NCBI GenBank assembly: GCA_002477805.1
Contig: DLKQ01000022.1
Coordinates: 1 to 63,418 of the forward strand
Direction of reading: 5' to 3'
Source: Christensenella sp. UBA7584
Lineage (GTDB): Bacteria; Bacillota; Clostridia; Christensenellales; UBA1242
Length of the DNA stretch: 63,418 nt
Part shown: positions 37,759 to 48,441 of the stretch, piece by piece
Numbering within the stretch: position 1 is the stretch's first letter
Layout: every line of letters starts with the position of its first letter
Program-made: the position numbers and the translations under genes
Notes under the pieces: model-generated
Told to the model about the DNA's origin: nothing
The model's input: the letters and a program-made list of their open reading frames with translations, nothing else
Databases searched by the model: none

Positions 37759-38586
37759 ATGGCAGTTAAAAGATATAGACCAATCACACCTTCTATGCGT
37801 GGAATGGTTCGACCAACTTTTGATGAAATAACAACAAACAAGCCTGAAGAAAGCTTGCTAAGGACTGTAAATAGTAAAGCAGGAAGAAACAACCAAGGAA
37901 GAATTACAGTTCGTCATCAAGGTGGTGGACTTCGCCGTAAATATCGTGTGATTGATTTCAAGAGAAACAAAGATGGGGTGCCTGCGAAAGTAGCAAGTAT
38001 CGAATATGATCCAAACCGCAGTGCTTATATTGCCCTTCTTCACTATGCAGATGGTGAAAAAAGATACATTCTTGCTCCACTTGGACTCACTGTTGGTCAA
38101 GTTGTTCAAAGTGGGACAGGTAGTGAAATTAAAGTGGGTAATGCAATGGCTATGAGTGAAATGCCTATTGGAACAGTTATTCACAATATTGAAATGCAAC
38201 CTGGTCGTGGCGGACAAATGGCACGTAGTGCTGGTAATTCTGCAAGACTAGTTGCTAGAGAAGGATCAAACGCTACGCTAGAACTTCCAAGTGGTGAAAT
38301 GCGTATGGTTTCTTCAAAATGTCGTGCAACAATTGGGCAAGTTGGTAATGTAGACCACGAGCTCATAAAAATTGGAAAGGCGGGAATAAATCGCCATAAG
38401 GGAATTAGACCTACTGTTCGTGGTAGTGTTATGAACCCTGTAGACCACCCTCACGGTGGTGGTGAATCTAAAGCGCCAATTGGTCGACCAAGCCCTTGCA
38501 CACCTTGGGGTAAACCTACACTTGGTAAAAAGACACGCAACAAGCGTAAACCAAGCAGTAGAATGATTATTAAGAGAATAAACTAG
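37759..38586 (+). CDS. rplB: 50S ribosomal protein L2
   Basis: Track ORF trimmed to [15 protein letters not shown], 275 aa. [12 protein letters not shown]. Confidence 0.97.
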   Translation: MAVKRYRPITPSMRGMVRPTFDEITTNKPEESLLRTVNSKAGRNNQGRITVRHQGGGLRRKYRVIDFKRNKDGVPAKVASIEYDPNRSAYIALLHYADGEKRYILAPLGLTVGQVVQSGTGSEIKVGNAMAMSEMPIGTVIHNIEMQPGRGGQMARSAGNSARLVAREGSNATLELPSGEMRMVSSKCRATIGQVGNVDHELIKIGKAGINRHKGIRPTVRGSVMNPVDHPHGGGESKAPIGRPSPCTPWGKPTLGKKTRNKRKPSSRMIIKRIN

Positions 38587-38595
38587 GAGTAGATT

Positions 38596-38877
38596 ATGAG
38601 TAAGAGTTTAAAGAAAATGCCATATGTTGAAGCTCGTTTGATGTTAAGGATTCAGAAGATGAACGAAGCTAACGAAAAGAAACCAGTTAAAACTTGGTCT
38701 CGTTCTTCTACAATATATCCTGATTTCGTTGGACACACAATTCAGGTTCACAATGGTCGTAAATTTATCCCTGTTTATTGTTCAGTTGAAATGGTTGGGC
38801 ACAAACTTGGTGAATTTGCACCAACAAGATTGTTTAAGGCTCATTCTGGTTCAAAAATAGCCGGAAAAGCAGTTTAG
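38596..38877 (+). CDS. rpsS: 30S ribosomal protein S19
   Basis: 93 aa. [28 protein letters not shown]. Confidence 0.97.
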   Translation: MSKSLKKMPYVEARLMLRIQKMNEANEKKPVKTWSRSSTIYPDFVGHTIQVHNGRKFIPVYCSVEMVGHKLGEFAPTRLFKAHSGSKIAGKAV

Positions 38878-38889
38878 TGAGGTGTTGTT

Positions 38890-39381
38890 ATGGCAAAGAG
38901 AATAAGAGAAAAAGCAGCGAAACGCAACGCTGAGCGTGACCGTCGTCCACAGGCAACTGCTAAGTATATTAGAATAAGTGCTAGTAAAGTTAGAATTGTT
39001 CTAGACCTTATTCGTGGACAAGATTATTACACAGCACTGGGAATACTTAAAAACACTCCAAAAGGTGCAAGTGAAGTACTGGTTAAAGTGCTAGAAAGTG
39101 CTGGAGCAAATGCTGAAAATAATTTGAATATGAGCAAAAATGATTTGTATGTTGCGAAATGTTTTGCAAATGAAGGACAATCACTTAAGAGATATTGGTA
39201 TCGTTCACACGGAAGTGCTGATATGCTCAAAAAGAGAACTTGTCACATAACAATAATTCTTGATGAAAAGAAAGATGAGCAAATTGCTCCAAAAGCAAAA
39301 CCAGCAAAAATTGAAGCTAAAACTACTGAGGCTGTTGCTGAAGAAAAAGAGTCAAAAACATCACAAGGAGGCGAAAAATAG
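38890..39381 (+). CDS. rplV: 50S ribosomal protein L22 (with ~45-aa Lys/Ala/Glu-rich C-terminal extension)
   Basis: 163 aa. ISASKVRIVLDLIRG core. The tail reads EKKDEQIAPKAKPAKIEAKTTEAVAEEKESKTSQGGEK. Confidence 0.95.
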   Translation: MAKRIREKAAKRNAERDRRPQATAKYIRISASKVRIVLDLIRGQDYYTALGILKNTPKGASEVLVKVLESAGANAENNLNMSKNDLYVAKCFANEGQSLKRYWYRSHGSADMLKKRTCHITIILDEKKDEQIAPKAKPAKIEAKTTEAVAEEKESKTSQGGEK

Positions 39382-39382
39382 T

Positions 39383-40057
39383 ATGGGACAGAAAGTAAGT
39401 CCTCACGGATTAAGAGTCGGTGTTGTTCACGATTGGGATGCGACTTGGTACGCAGACAAAAAAGAATTTGCTAACACCCTTGTAGAAGATAATACTATTC
39501 GTGAGTTTATAAAGAAAAAATATAAAGAAGCCTCAGTTTCTCGTGTTGTTATTGAGAGAACACAAGGAAATCAAGGAAAAGTAATTGTAAACATTGTTAC
39601 AGCTAGACCTGGAGTTATTATTGGACAAAAAGGTGCTGGAATTGAGAGTTTGAAAAAGGACCTTGACAAACTTGTAAAAGGCAAGCAAATTACAATCAAT
39701 ATTAAAGAAATTAAACACCCAGATCTTGACTCCAATGTTGTAGCGCAAGGTATTGCTGCACAAATTGAGAAACGTGTTGTTGTAAAAAGAGCGATAAAAA
39801 TGTCTCTTCAAAAAGTTATGAAAGCTGGAGCTTTGGGATGTAAAATAATGGTTAAGGGACGTATTAACGGTGTGGAAATTGCACGTAGCGAAAAGTTCGC
39901 TCAAGGTTCAGTTCCACTTCACACACTTAGAGCTAATATAGACTATGGATTTTGCGAAGCTCACACAACATATGGTGTTCTTGGTGTAAAAGTTTGGATT
40001 TATAAGGGTGAAGTTCTAGACAAAAAGACTCCTTCAAAACAGGGAGGTGCTGAATAA
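39383..40057 (+). CDS. rpsC: 30S ribosomal protein S3
   Basis: Track ORF trimmed to [13 protein letters not shown] (AAGGAGG RBS), 224 aa. Confidence 0.97.
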   Translation: MGQKVSPHGLRVGVVHDWDATWYADKKEFANTLVEDNTIREFIKKKYKEASVSRVVIERTQGNQGKVIVNIVTARPGVIIGQKGAGIESLKKDLDKLVKGKQITINIKEIKHPDLDSNVVAQGIAAQIEKRVVVKRAIKMSLQKVMKAGALGCKIMVKGRINGVEIARSEKFAQGSVPLHTLRANIDYGFCEAHTTYGVLGVKVWIYKGEVLDKKTPSKQGGAE

Positions 40058-40554
40058 TGTTAATGCCAAAGAGAACCAAGTATAGAAAGATGCAAAGAGG
40101 ACGTATGACAGGTGTGGAGGCTCGTGGAAATAGGATTAACCACGGCGAATTTGGACTTGTAGCACTTGAGCCTGCTTGGATAAAGTCAAATCAAATTGAG
40201 GCAACTCGTGTTGCAATGACACGTTATATGAACCGTGTAGGAAAAGTTTGGGTTAAAATATTCCCTCACAAATCATACACAAAAAAGCCTCTTGAAACCC
40301 GTATGGGAAAAGGTAAAGGTAACCTTGAAGGTTGGGTTGCTGTAGTTAGACCAGGAAGAGTTCTTTTTGAAATATCTGGTGTAAATGAAACAATCGCAAG
40401 AGAAGCTTTGAGACTTGCAAGTCACAAACTTCCTATTAAAACAAAATTCTACAGTAAAGCAGATTTAGACAAAGAAGTTGATGCTAGACTTGCTGGTAAA
40501 AAGAACATTCAAGTTGAAACAGTTGAAGAAAAGGTAGAAGGAGGAGAGGAATAA
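40057..40554 (+). CDS. rplP: 50S ribosomal protein L16 (C-terminally extended)
   Basis: [17 protein letters not shown]..., 165 aa. Confidence 0.97.
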   Translation: MLMPKRTKYRKMQRGRMTGVEARGNRINHGEFGLVALEPAWIKSNQIEATRVAMTRYMNRVGKVWVKIFPHKSYTKKPLETRMGKGKGNLEGWVAVVRPGRVLFEISGVNETIAREALRLASHKLPIKTKFYSKADLDKEVDARLAGKKNIQVETVEEKVEGGEE

Positions 40555-40555
40555 T

Positions 40556-40762
40556 ATGAAATCTAAGGAATTCAAAGATATGACAAATGATGAACTTGCA
40601 ACAAAATTGCAAGAACTTAAAACCGAACATTTCAACCTTCGTTTCTCTCACGCTACAGGACAACTCTCAAATCCTATGATGCTAAATACAGTAAAAAAGG
40701 ATATTGCTAGAGTGTTGACTATTCTTCGAGAAAGAGAATTGAAAGAGAAAAAGGCTAATTAA
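40556..40762 (+). CDS. rpmC: 50S ribosomal protein L29
   Basis: 68 aa. [21 protein letters not shown]. Confidence 0.95.
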   Translation: MKSKEFKDMTNDELATKLQELKTEHFNLRFSHATGQLSNPMMLNTVKKDIARVLTILRERELKEKKAN

Positions 40763-40773
40763 GGGGGGAGCGA

Positions 40774-41037
40774 ATGATGGAAACACAAAGAAATAACAGA
40801 AAAACAAGAGTTGGTATAGTTGTTAGCAATGCTATGGATAAAACTGCAGTTGTTGCAATTCAAAACAATGTTCGCCACCCTTTATATAAGAAAATTGTGA
40901 AAACAACTAAAAAGTTTAAAATTCACGATGAAAATAATGAGTGTAATGTTGGTGATAAGGTCGAAATCACTGAAACTCGACACCTTTCTAAAGACAAATA
41001 CTTTAGATTGGTTAAAATCATAGAAAAAGCGAAGTAA
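40774..41037 (+). CDS. rpsQ: 30S ribosomal protein S17
   Basis: 87 aa. [32 protein letters not shown]. Confidence 0.96.
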   Translation: MMETQRNNRKTRVGIVVSNAMDKTAVVAIQNNVRHPLYKKIVKTTKKFKIHDENNECNVGDKVEITETRHLSKDKYFRLVKIIEKAK

Positions 41038-41055
41038 TCAAAGGAGTAATACATT

Positions 41056-41424
41056 ATGATAATGCCTCAAACAAGACTGAAAGTTGCTGATAACACAGGT
41101 GCAAAAGTATTGATGTGTATTCGTGTTCTTGGTGGTTCTTTCAGAAAATATGGAAACATTGGCGACATAATTGTTGGCACTGTTAAATCCGCTATCCCTG
41201 GTGGTAGTGTGAAAAAAGGTGATGTTGTTAAAGCTGTTATCGTTCGCACAAATCGTGGCGTTCGTCGTTCTGATGGTAGTAGTATAAAGTTTGATGACAA
41301 CGCTGTTGTGATTATCGACAAAGACAAGCAACCTAAGGGAACTCGTGTCTTTGGTCCTATTGCAAGAGAGCTTCGTGATCGCGGATATATGAAAATTATA
41401 TCTTTGGCAAATGAAGTGCTATAA
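41056..41424 (+). CDS. rplN: 50S ribosomal protein L14
   Basis: 122 aa. [11 protein letters not shown]...FGPIARELR. Confidence 0.97.
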   Translation: MIMPQTRLKVADNTGAKVLMCIRVLGGSFRKYGNIGDIIVGTVKSAIPGGSVKKGDVVKAVIVRTNRGVRRSDGSSIKFDDNAVVIIDKDKQPKGTRVFGPIARELRDRGYMKIISLANEVL

Positions 41425-41437
41425 GGAGAAAAAGACT

Positions 41438-41965
41438 ATGAACAGTAATTTTAAAACAGGCGATAATGTTTTGGTAATCGCAGGAAAGGATAAAGGTAAA
41501 ACTGGTGTTATAACAAAAAGTGATTCTCACAAAGGTCGCGTTATTGTAACTAATGTAAATATTGTTTCAAAACACAGAAAACCTCGTTCACAAACAGACA
41601 AGGGTGGAATTAAAAAAGAAGAAGCTCCTATTGATGTGAGCAATGTTCAAATTATTTGCCCAGTTTGTGGAAAAGCAACTCGTATTTCACACAAAATCGA
41701 CGAAAAAGGTGTAAAACATCGTTCGTGTAAAAAGTGTGGAGCTTTAATGGACGGAGTAAAACGTTCTAAATCAGCAAAAGTTGAAAAAACTTCAGAAAAA
41801 GCAGAAAAAGCAGAAGTTAGAGAAACAACAGCAAAAGCTGTTAAAACAGAAACTAAAAAAGCTGAAAAAGTGGTAAAAAAACCAACAAAAGCTGTAACAT
41901 CTAAAGTTAAGGTCGATACAGCTACAACAAAAAGAAAAACACCTCAAGCTAAAACAGCAAAATAA
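41438..41965 (+). CDS. rplX: 50S ribosomal protein L24, CxxC...CxxC form with a ~70-aa Lys/Ala-rich tail
   Basis: Track ORF trimmed to MNSNFKTGDNVLVIAGKDKGK (AAGGAG RBS), 175 aa. CPVCGK-x17-CKKCG, then a KAEK/KAVK-rich tail. Confidence 0.95.
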   Translation: MNSNFKTGDNVLVIAGKDKGKTGVITKSDSHKGRVIVTNVNIVSKHRKPRSQTDKGGIKKEEAPIDVSNVQIICPVCGKATRISHKIDEKGVKHRSCKKCGALMDGVKRSKSAKVEKTSEKAEKAEVRETTAKAVKTETKKAEKVVKKPTKAVTSKVKVDTATTKRKTPQAKTAK

Positions 41966-41981
41966 CCCAAAGGAGTAAATT

Positions 41982-42602
41982 GTGGAAAAAGAAAACAATC
42001 AGGTTGCTAAGGAAGTTGCAACCGATGAAGTTAAAAAAGCAAAGAAGTCAATAAAAGACAAACCTCGTTTGAGTGCATATTACAAAAAAGAAGTTGTTCC
42101 TGCACTTAAAAAAGAGTTTAAATACAAAAATATCAATCAAATTCCAACAATTGATAAAATTGTTATTAATGCAGGTCTTGGAGATGTAAAAGACAATGCT
42201 AAAAGTTTTGCTGAAGCAGTTGATGAACTTGGACTTATTACTGGTCAAAAGCCAATTGTTACAAACGCTAAGAAGGCGGTTGCAAACTTTAAGGTTAGAG
42301 AAGGAATGAAGATTGGAGCAAAAGTTACTCTCCGTGGAAACACAATGTGGGAATTTTTGGATCGTCTTATTTCAATAGCTTTGCCACGAGTTCGTGACTT
42401 TAGAGGTATTTCTTCAAAGTCATTTGATGGAAAAGGTAACTATTCAATGGGAATCAAAGAACAACTTATTTTCCCTGAAATTGATTATGATAAAATAGAA
42501 AAAGTTCGTGGTTTTGATATTTGTATCGTAACAACAGCAAAATCAGATGAAGAGGCAAAGGCTCTACTCACTGAATTGGGTATGCCTTTCAAAAAGGCGT
42601 AG
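41982..42602 (+). CDS. rplE: 50S ribosomal protein L5 (N-terminally extended)
   Basis: GTG start after AAAGGAG, 206 aa. [19 protein letters not shown]...IVINAGLG core. Confidence 0.95.
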   Translation: MEKENNQVAKEVATDEVKKAKKSIKDKPRLSAYYKKEVVPALKKEFKYKNINQIPTIDKIVINAGLGDVKDNAKSFAEAVDELGLITGQKPIVTNAKKAVANFKVREGMKIGAKVTLRGNTMWEFLDRLISIALPRVRDFRGISSKSFDGKGNYSMGIKEQLIFPEIDYDKIEKVRGFDICIVTTAKSDEEAKALLTELGMPFKKA

Positions 42603-42616
42603 GAGGATAATGAAAA

Positions 42617-42802
42617 ATGGCAAGAAAAGCGTTAGTATTAAAACAACAAAAACCACAGAAATTTGCAACTCGTGAATATACTCGTTGTAAAATTTGTGGA
42701 AGACCTCACGCCGTTTTAAAGAAATATGGCATTTGCCGTATTTGCTTTAGAGAAATGGCATACCGTGGAGAAATTCCAGGTGTTAAAAAGGCAAGTTGGT
42801 AG
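42617..42802 (+). CDS. rpsN: 30S ribosomal protein S14 type Z (zinc form)
   Basis: 61 aa. [20 protein letters not shown]. Confidence 0.97.
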   Translation: MARKALVLKQQKPQKFATREYTRCKICGRPHAVLKKYGICRICFREMAYRGEIPGVKKASW

Positions 42803-42811
42803 GAGGAAATT

Positions 42812-43210
42812 ATGGTAGTTACAGATGTTATTTCAGATATGCTTACAAGAATTAGAAACGCTATTGGTGCAAAGCATCTTACAGTTGACATTCCAGTAAG
42901 TAAAGTTAAAATTTCTATTGCCCAAATCTTAAAAGATGAGGGTTATATAACCAACTTTGAAGTGATTGGAGAGGGCACACAAGCAAATATTCACATTACT
43001 TTAAAGGAATCTTCTTCTGCTGATTATGTTATTTCGGGACTTAAAAGAATTTCAAAACCGGGGCTTCGTGTTTACGCTAATGTAGACACACTTCCAAAAG
43101 TTCTTAGTGGACTTGGAATTGCAATTATTTCAACAAGTAAAGGAATTATGACAGATAAGCAAGCACGTTCTCAAAATGTTGGTGGCGAAGTGCTAGCTTA
43201 TGTGTGGTAG
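42812..43210 (+). CDS. rpsH: 30S ribosomal protein S8
   Basis: 132 aa. DMLTRIRNA...GGEVLAYVW. Confidence 0.97.
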   Translation: MVVTDVISDMLTRIRNAIGAKHLTVDIPVSKVKISIAQILKDEGYITNFEVIGEGTQANIHITLKESSSADYVISGLKRISKPGLRVYANVDTLPKVLSGLGIAIISTSKGIMTDKQARSQNVGGEVLAYVW

Positions 43211-43222
43211 GGAGGTAGCATT

Positions 43223-43765
43223 ATGTCAAGAATAGGAAAGAAACCAATTGTTATTCCAGCAGGTGTTACCGTAACTTGTGATGAGCACAACAAAGTTTTT
43301 GTTGAAAGTTCAAAAGGAAAACTAAAGCAACAAATTAGCAAACTTGTAAAAGTTTCTATTGAAAATGGTGTTGTTACACTTTCACCAGTTAATGAAAGTT
43401 CTGTAGCCAATAGTATGCACGGTCTTTACAGAACATTGATTGACAATATGGTTAAAGGTGTGACTGAAGGATTTTCAAAATCTCTTACAATCAATGGAGT
43501 TGGTTATAAAGCAGTGCAAAAGGGAGAAGACTTGGAACTAAGTTTGGGTCTAAGCCACACTGTAACAGTTCACCCAATGGAGAACATTAAATTAAGTTGT
43601 CCTACACCACTCGAAATAAAAGTGGAAGGAATTAGTAAAGAAGCTGTTGGACAAATGACAGCAAATATAAGAGCAATTAGACCTGTTGAACCTTATCACG
43701 CATATGGAATCAGATATTCTGATGAAGTTGTTGTTAAGAAAGAAGGAAAGAAAGCGGGTAAATAA
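43223..43765 (+). CDS. rplF: 50S ribosomal protein L6
   Basis: 180 aa. [15 protein letters not shown]. Confidence 0.97.
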   Translation: MSRIGKKPIVIPAGVTVTCDEHNKVFVESSKGKLKQQISKLVKVSIENGVVTLSPVNESSVANSMHGLYRTLIDNMVKGVTEGFSKSLTINGVGYKAVQKGEDLELSLGLSHTVTVHPMENIKLSCPTPLEIKVEGISKEAVGQMTANIRAIRPVEPYHAYGIRYSDEVVVKKEGKKAGK

Positions 43766-43782
43766 TAGAGGAGGAATGTGAA

Positions 43783-44151
43783 ATGATTAACAAAATAGAT
43801 AAAAATCAAGAACGCCAACGTAGACACGAAAGAGTTCGTAAAACTGTTAGTGGAACATCAGCTCGCCCTCGTTTATGTATTTACCGTAGCGTTAGCAACA
43901 TTTATGTTCAAATTATTGATGACACAAAGGGAGTAACTCTCGTTAGTGCTTCTTCAATAGAAAAAGAACTTAAAGAAAAGGTTGCTGGTAAATCTAAACT
44001 TGAGCAGGCGGAAATTGTTGGAACAGAAGTTGCTAAAAGAGCAAAAAAGAAAGGTATCACAGCAGTTGTTTGTGATCGTGGCGGTTACCTTTACACAGGT
44101 CGAGTAAAAAGATTAACAGACAGTGCAAGAAGTGCTGGATTGGAGTTTTAG
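43783..44151 (+). CDS. rplR: 50S ribosomal protein L18
   Basis: 122 aa. [20 protein letters not shown]...[25 protein letters not shown]. Confidence 0.97.
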   Translation: MINKIDKNQERQRRHERVRKTVSGTSARPRLCIYRSVSNIYVQIIDDTKGVTLVSASSIEKELKEKVAGKSKLEQAEIVGTEVAKRAKKKGITAVVCDRGGYLYTGRVKRLTDSARSAGLEF

Positions 44152-44160
44152 GAGGATATT

Positions 44161-44784
44161 ATGGCAGAAAATGAAGTTATTAATGAAGAAACAGTAGTTG
44201 AACAAACCGAAGTAGTGTCTCCTGCTGAAACACAATCTCCAAAAGGTAAAAATGACAGACGCGGTGGAAAATTCGATCGTAAAAAAAGAAATGACAGAGC
44301 ACCTCGTGAAGCTGATGAATTTGAAAAAAGAATGGTAGATATTCGTTCTGTTCAAAAGACAGTTAAAGGTGGTCGTGTTCAAAGCTTTAGTGCACTTTGT
44401 GTTGTTGGAGACAAAAAAGGTCGTGTTGGTATCGGAACTGGAAAAGCAAGAGAAGCAACAATGGCTATTGAAAAAGGCTTTAGCGATGCAAGAAAAAATA
44501 TGATAACAGTTCATATGGACGGAGGTACAATTCCTCACGCTATTGTTATGAAATATGGTGCGAGTGCGATAAGACTTCTCCCTGCAAAACAAGGAACAGG
44601 AGTTATTGCAGGTGGTGCAGCTCGTCCTGTTTTAGAGCTAGCTGGAATTAAAGATATTACTGCAAAAAATCAAGGAAGCAGTAACAAAATTAACACAGTT
44701 AGAGCTACATTTGAAGCTTTAAAAACACTCAGAACAAGAGAAGATGTAGCAAAAATCCGCGGTAAAACTGCGGAAGAATTATAG
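44161..44784 (+). CDS. rpsE: 30S ribosomal protein S5 (N-terminally extended)
   Basis: 207 aa. [33 protein letters not shown] core. Confidence 0.96.
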   Translation: MAENEVINEETVVEQTEVVSPAETQSPKGKNDRRGGKFDRKKRNDRAPREADEFEKRMVDIRSVQKTVKGGRVQSFSALCVVGDKKGRVGIGTGKAREATMAIEKGFSDARKNMITVHMDGGTIPHAIVMKYGASAIRLLPAKQGTGVIAGGAARPVLELAGIKDITAKNQGSSNKINTVRATFEALKTLRTREDVAKIRGKTAEEL

Positions 44785-44795
44785 GAGGTGCAAAA

Positions 44796-45014
44796 ATGGA
44801 AACAAAGAAAACAACTCCTAAAAAGACCACAAAAAGTGGAAAAACATTAAAAATCACACAAATTCACAGTGTTATATGTTGTAATCCAAAACAAAAAGCA
44901 ACAATGAAGGCTTTAGGTTTTCATACAATCAACCAAACAAAAGTTATGCCAGACAACGAAGCAATTCGTGGTATGATAGAGGTTGTAAAGCACTTGGTGA
45001 AAGTGGAAGACTAG
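44796..45014 (+). CDS. rpmD: 50S ribosomal protein L30 (N-terminally extended)
   Basis: 72 aa. LKITQIHSVICCNPKQKATMKALGF. Confidence 0.93.
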   Translation: METKKTTPKKTTKSGKTLKITQIHSVICCNPKQKATMKALGFHTINQTKVMPDNEAIRGMIEVVKHLVKVED

Positions 45015-45026
45015 GAGGAGGAAATT

Positions 45027-45470
45027 ATGAATATTCAAACACTTACTCCTGCACCTAACTCAAAAAAAGGTGTAAAACGTGTAGGACGTGGACTAGGAAG
45101 TGGCCGTGGCAAGACATCTTGTCGTGGAGAAAATGGACAAAATAAACGTTCAGGCGGAGGAACTCGTCCTTTGTTTGAAGGTGGACAAATGTCACTTATT
45201 CGTCGTTTGCCAAAAAGAGGTTTTAATAATCCATATGGCGATGTGTTCTCAATAATCAATGTTTCAGATTTAGAAGTATTTGAAGATGGCACAGTTGTGA
45301 CAGCAGAACTTCTTAAACAAAAGAGAATTATTGGTAAAATCGAAAAAAGTGGTTTAAAAGTTCTTGGAAATGGTAAATTAACTAAGAAGTTAACCGTTAA
45401 GGCAAATAAATTCTCCAAATCGGCTGCTGATAAAATCACAAAAGCCGGTGGAAGTATCGAGGAGGCATAA
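45027..45470 (+). CDS. rplO: 50S ribosomal protein L15
   Basis: 147 aa. RVGRGLGSGRGKTSCRGENGQ. Confidence 0.97.
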   Translation: MNIQTLTPAPNSKKGVKRVGRGLGSGRGKTSCRGENGQNKRSGGGTRPLFEGGQMSLIRRLPKRGFNNPYGDVFSIINVSDLEVFEDGTVVTAELLKQKRIIGKIEKSGLKVLGNGKLTKKLTVKANKFSKSAADKITKAGGSIEEA

Positions 45471-46795
45471 TGTTTCAAACATTGGTTCAAGCGTTTAAAT
45501 CCAAAGATTTGCGTAAAAAACTACTTCTAACATTGCTTATACTTTTTGTGTATCGTATCGGGTGTTGGCTTCCAATACCTGGTTTGGATATCGCTTCTTT
45601 TAAGGATTCTGTTGATAATGATAATAGTGGATTTCTAAACTTGCTTAGCTCTGTTACTGGTGGTGCTATGTCTAATGGATCACTCCTTGCTTTGGGTGTA
45701 ATCCCTTATATTTCGGCATCAATTATTATACAGCTTTTAACAGTTGCAATTCCAGCTCTTGAAAGATTGAGTAAAGCTGGAGAGGAAGGTAGAAAAAAGA
45801 TTGCATTTTATACAAGAATAGTGGCATTGATTTTTGCAATTATTCAATCTATTGCAATTGTTCTAACTTTTTCAGCCTCTAGAAACATCAACGAAACAGC
45901 TCTTAGTAGCGGAGTTCCAAGTTGGGTTGTGTCTATGATTATTGTTCTCGTTTTGGTTGCTGGTGCAATGTTCACTTTGTGGCTTGGAGAAAAAATAACA
46001 GACCTTGGTATTGGTAATGGTGTAAGTCTTTTGGTTTTTGTAGGAATTGTTTGTAGTGCTGGTAGTGCAATACTTCAAGCATTTAAAGGAATTTCTGCAA
46101 CAAACTTAGATGGTCTTTGGACGGTGCTTATTTTCGCAGCAATGCTTTTTGTTGTGTTTGCTTTAATTGTCTTTGTAGATTTGGCAGAACGTAGAATTCA
46201 AGTTAATTACGCAAAACAAATTAAAGGTAGAAAAATGTATGGTGGGCAATCAACTTACATTCCAATCAAAGTGAATGGAAGTGGTGTTCTCCCAATTATT
46301 TTTGCAACTGCAATTGTTGCATTTCCTCAACTTATAATGCAACTTGTAGGTGTAACATATGGAAACTCATTTTATGATTGGTGGGCAGAATGGCTCGGCT
46401 CAGGAACAGTTATATACTTTTTGTTTAATGCTATTTTTATCTTCTTCTTTACTTATTTTTACGCACAAATTACATTTAATCCAGAAGAAGTAAGTAGAAC
46501 GCTACAACAAAATGGTGGGTTTATTCCAGGAATTAGAGCAGGTAAACCAACTATGGAATACCTGAAGAAAATTTCCAGAAGGATTACTTTCTTTGGTGCA
46601 ACATATCTTGCAATAATATTTGTTGTTCCAACAGTTGCTTTATCACTTATTCCGACAGGAAGTATTGTTAGTGGAAGTTTGGTTAATGCATTTACGGTTA
46701 CTGGACTTTTAATTGTTGTTAGTGTTGCTCTTGAACTAGACAAGCAAATTAACGCTCAGCTTCTTGCAAGAAATTATCGTGGCTTTTTGAAATAA
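45470..46795 (+). CDS. secY: Preprotein translocase subunit SecY
   Basis: 441 aa, 10 TM helices. LGVIPYISASIIIQLL and GNGVSLLVF. Confidence 0.97.
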   Translation: MFQTLVQAFKSKDLRKKLLLTLLILFVYRIGCWLPIPGLDIASFKDSVDNDNSGFLNLLSSVTGGAMSNGSLLALGVIPYISASIIIQLLTVAIPALERLSKAGEEGRKKIAFYTRIVALIFAIIQSIAIVLTFSASRNINETALSSGVPSWVVSMIIVLVLVAGAMFTLWLGEKITDLGIGNGVSLLVFVGIVCSAGSAILQAFKGISATNLDGLWTVLIFAAMLFVVFALIVFVDLAERRIQVNYAKQIKGRKMYGGQSTYIPIKVNGSGVLPIIFATAIVAFPQLIMQLVGVTYGNSFYDWWAEWLGSGTVIYFLFNAIFIFFFTYFYAQITFNPEEVSRTLQQNGGFIPGIRAGKPTMEYLKKISRRITFFGATYLAIIFVVPTVALSLIPTGSIVSGSLVNAFTVTGLLIVVSVALELDKQINAQLLARNYRGFLK

Positions 46796-46845
46796 TTTTA
46801 CGAATAGTTTTATTCAATTTTGATTAGGAAAGTTTGGAGGTAAAA

Positions 46846-47475
46846 ATGAAATTAGTCATACTCGGTCCACCAGGAAGTGGAAAGGGCACTCAAACTAATC
46901 GCGTTGCAAAAAAATACAATCTTAAACACGTTGTAGTTGGAGACGTTGTAAAGCAAGAGATTCGTGATAAAACTGAACTTGGTAAGCTTTTATATGAATA
47001 TACAAGTGTTGGAAAGTTTGTTCCAAGTGAAATTGTTGTTGATGTTCTTGATAAACAAGTAAGTGACCTCAAGGGGTTTGAAGGATTTATTATAGACACA
47101 GCACCAATTAATCTTGAACAAAAGGAAGCAATGAAAAATATTCAGATAGATGCTGCTATTTGGCTAAAAATAGACGACTATGATATACTAAGAAGTAGAA
47201 CGCTTAATAGATTAATTTGTCCGAAATGTCGAGGAGTGACAAGTGAAACTGAATCTCCAGATTTAGTATGTCCTTATTGTAAAAGTACACTTGAAAAGCG
47301 CTATGATGATAATCTTGAAACAGTAAACAAACGTATAAAACAATACGAAGAAAAAACTCTTCCGGTGATTGAAGAATATAAAAAGCAAAATATTTTGATT
47401 GAAATAGATGCTGAAAAAAGTAAACAGGAAGTTTTTCAAGAAATTTGCGATAAAATTGATAAATTTTTTGCTTAA
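46846..47475 (+). CDS. adk: Adenylate kinase (zinc-lid form)
   Basis: Track ORF trimmed to MKLVILGPPGSGKGTQ (GGAGG RBS). Lid CPKCRG...CPYCKS. Confidence 0.96.
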   Translation: MKLVILGPPGSGKGTQTNRVAKKYNLKHVVVGDVVKQEIRDKTELGKLLYEYTSVGKFVPSEIVVDVLDKQVSDLKGFEGFIIDTAPINLEQKEAMKNIQIDAAIWLKIDDYDILRSRTLNRLICPKCRGVTSETESPDLVCPYCKSTLEKRYDDNLETVNKRIKQYEEKTLPVIEEYKKQNILIEIDAEKSKQEVFQEICDKIDKFFA

Positions 47476-47480
47476 ACCCC

Positions 47481-47509
47481 TTTAAATAAAATGAAAAGTG
47501 TGGTATAAT
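47481..47509 (+). promoter_or_regulatory. Internal promoter in front of map (predicts a leaderless mRNA)
   Basis: TTTAAA, 17 nt, TGG-TATAAT (hexamer 47504-47509). The ATG at 47516 lies 6 nt after the -10 and has no SD. Confidence 0.5.
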
Positions 47510-47515
47510 TTATCT

Positions 47516-48259
47516 ATGATTATAGTTAAAACAGAAAAACAAATACAAGCAATGCGTGAAAGTGGAAAAATTCTTAGAGATGTCTTGCTTAAAATTGAAG
47601 AAATTATAAAGCCAGGTATTACAACAAGGGAAATAGACAAATTTGCGCATCGTTACATCGTGAGTCGAGGAGCAAAGCCAAGTTGTTTGGGGTATATGGG
47701 ATATCCTGCAACTACTTGCATTTCAGTAAATGAGCAAGTAGTTCACGGAATCCCATCAGACCTTGCTTTGAAGGAAGGAGACATTGTTGGGGTAGATTTG
47801 TGTGTGCTTTATAAGGGTATGCACACTGATGCTGCTAGGACATTTTGTGTTGGAAAGGTTAGTTCTGAAAATCAACAACTTGTTGAGGCAACAAAACAAG
47901 CGTTTTTTGAAGGAATAAAACACATAAAAGCTGGTAGTAGAGTTGGTGATATCGGTGAAGCAGTGCAAAAATATGCTGAAGGTCTTGGTTATGGTGTAGT
48001 TAGAGATTTGCAAGGGCACGGAGTTGGTTGTCAACTTCACGAAGATCCTGGTATACCAAATTTTGGTAAGGCAGGAACTGGCGAATTTCTTAAAGAAGGT
48101 ATGACTATAGCTGTTGAACCTATGCTTACATTAGGGAGCTATGAAGTTTATGTATGTGAAGATGGTTGGACTGTTTGTACTGATGATGGGAAGCCAAGTG
48201 CTCACTATGAAAACACTCTTTTGATTACAAAGGATGGCGTCGAAATTTTGACATTATAA
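47516..48259 (+). CDS. map: Type I methionine aminopeptidase
   Basis: Track ORF trimmed to MIIVKTEKQIQAMRESG, 247 aa. Metal-ligand blocks VHGIP, DxxVxxxGxHxD, GHGVG and EPM. Confidence 0.96.
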   Translation: MIIVKTEKQIQAMRESGKILRDVLLKIEEIIKPGITTREIDKFAHRYIVSRGAKPSCLGYMGYPATTCISVNEQVVHGIPSDLALKEGDIVGVDLCVLYKGMHTDAARTFCVGKVSSENQQLVEATKQAFFEGIKHIKAGSRVGDIGEAVQKYAEGLGYGVVRDLQGHGVGCQLHEDPGIPNFGKAGTGEFLKEGMTIAVEPMLTLGSYEVYVCEDGWTVCTDDGKPSAHYENTLLITKDGVEILTL

Positions 48260-48268
48260 GGAGTTATT

Positions 48269-48433
48269 ATGGAAAATAAAACTTGTATCATTGATATAAA
48301 TGATCCAAAAGCTAGAGTAAAAATAACTATGTCACGAATTGAAAATGATATCAAAATTAAGAATTTAGCTAGATCAAATCAAATTTTAAGTGAGATAAAT
48401 AAAAGAAGCAAATCACAAGAAAAAACTTTGTAA
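48269..48433 (+). CDS. Small hypothetical protein (54 aa), below the ORF-track cutoff
   Basis: ATG 5 nt after AAGGAG. MENKTCIIDINDPKARVKITMSRIENDIKIKNLARSNQILSEINKRSKSQEKTL. Fills the map-KOW gap exactly. Confidence 0.5.
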   Translation: MENKTCIIDINDPKARVKITMSRIENDIKIKNLARSNQILSEINKRSKSQEKTL

Positions 48434-48441
48434 GGTGTCTT

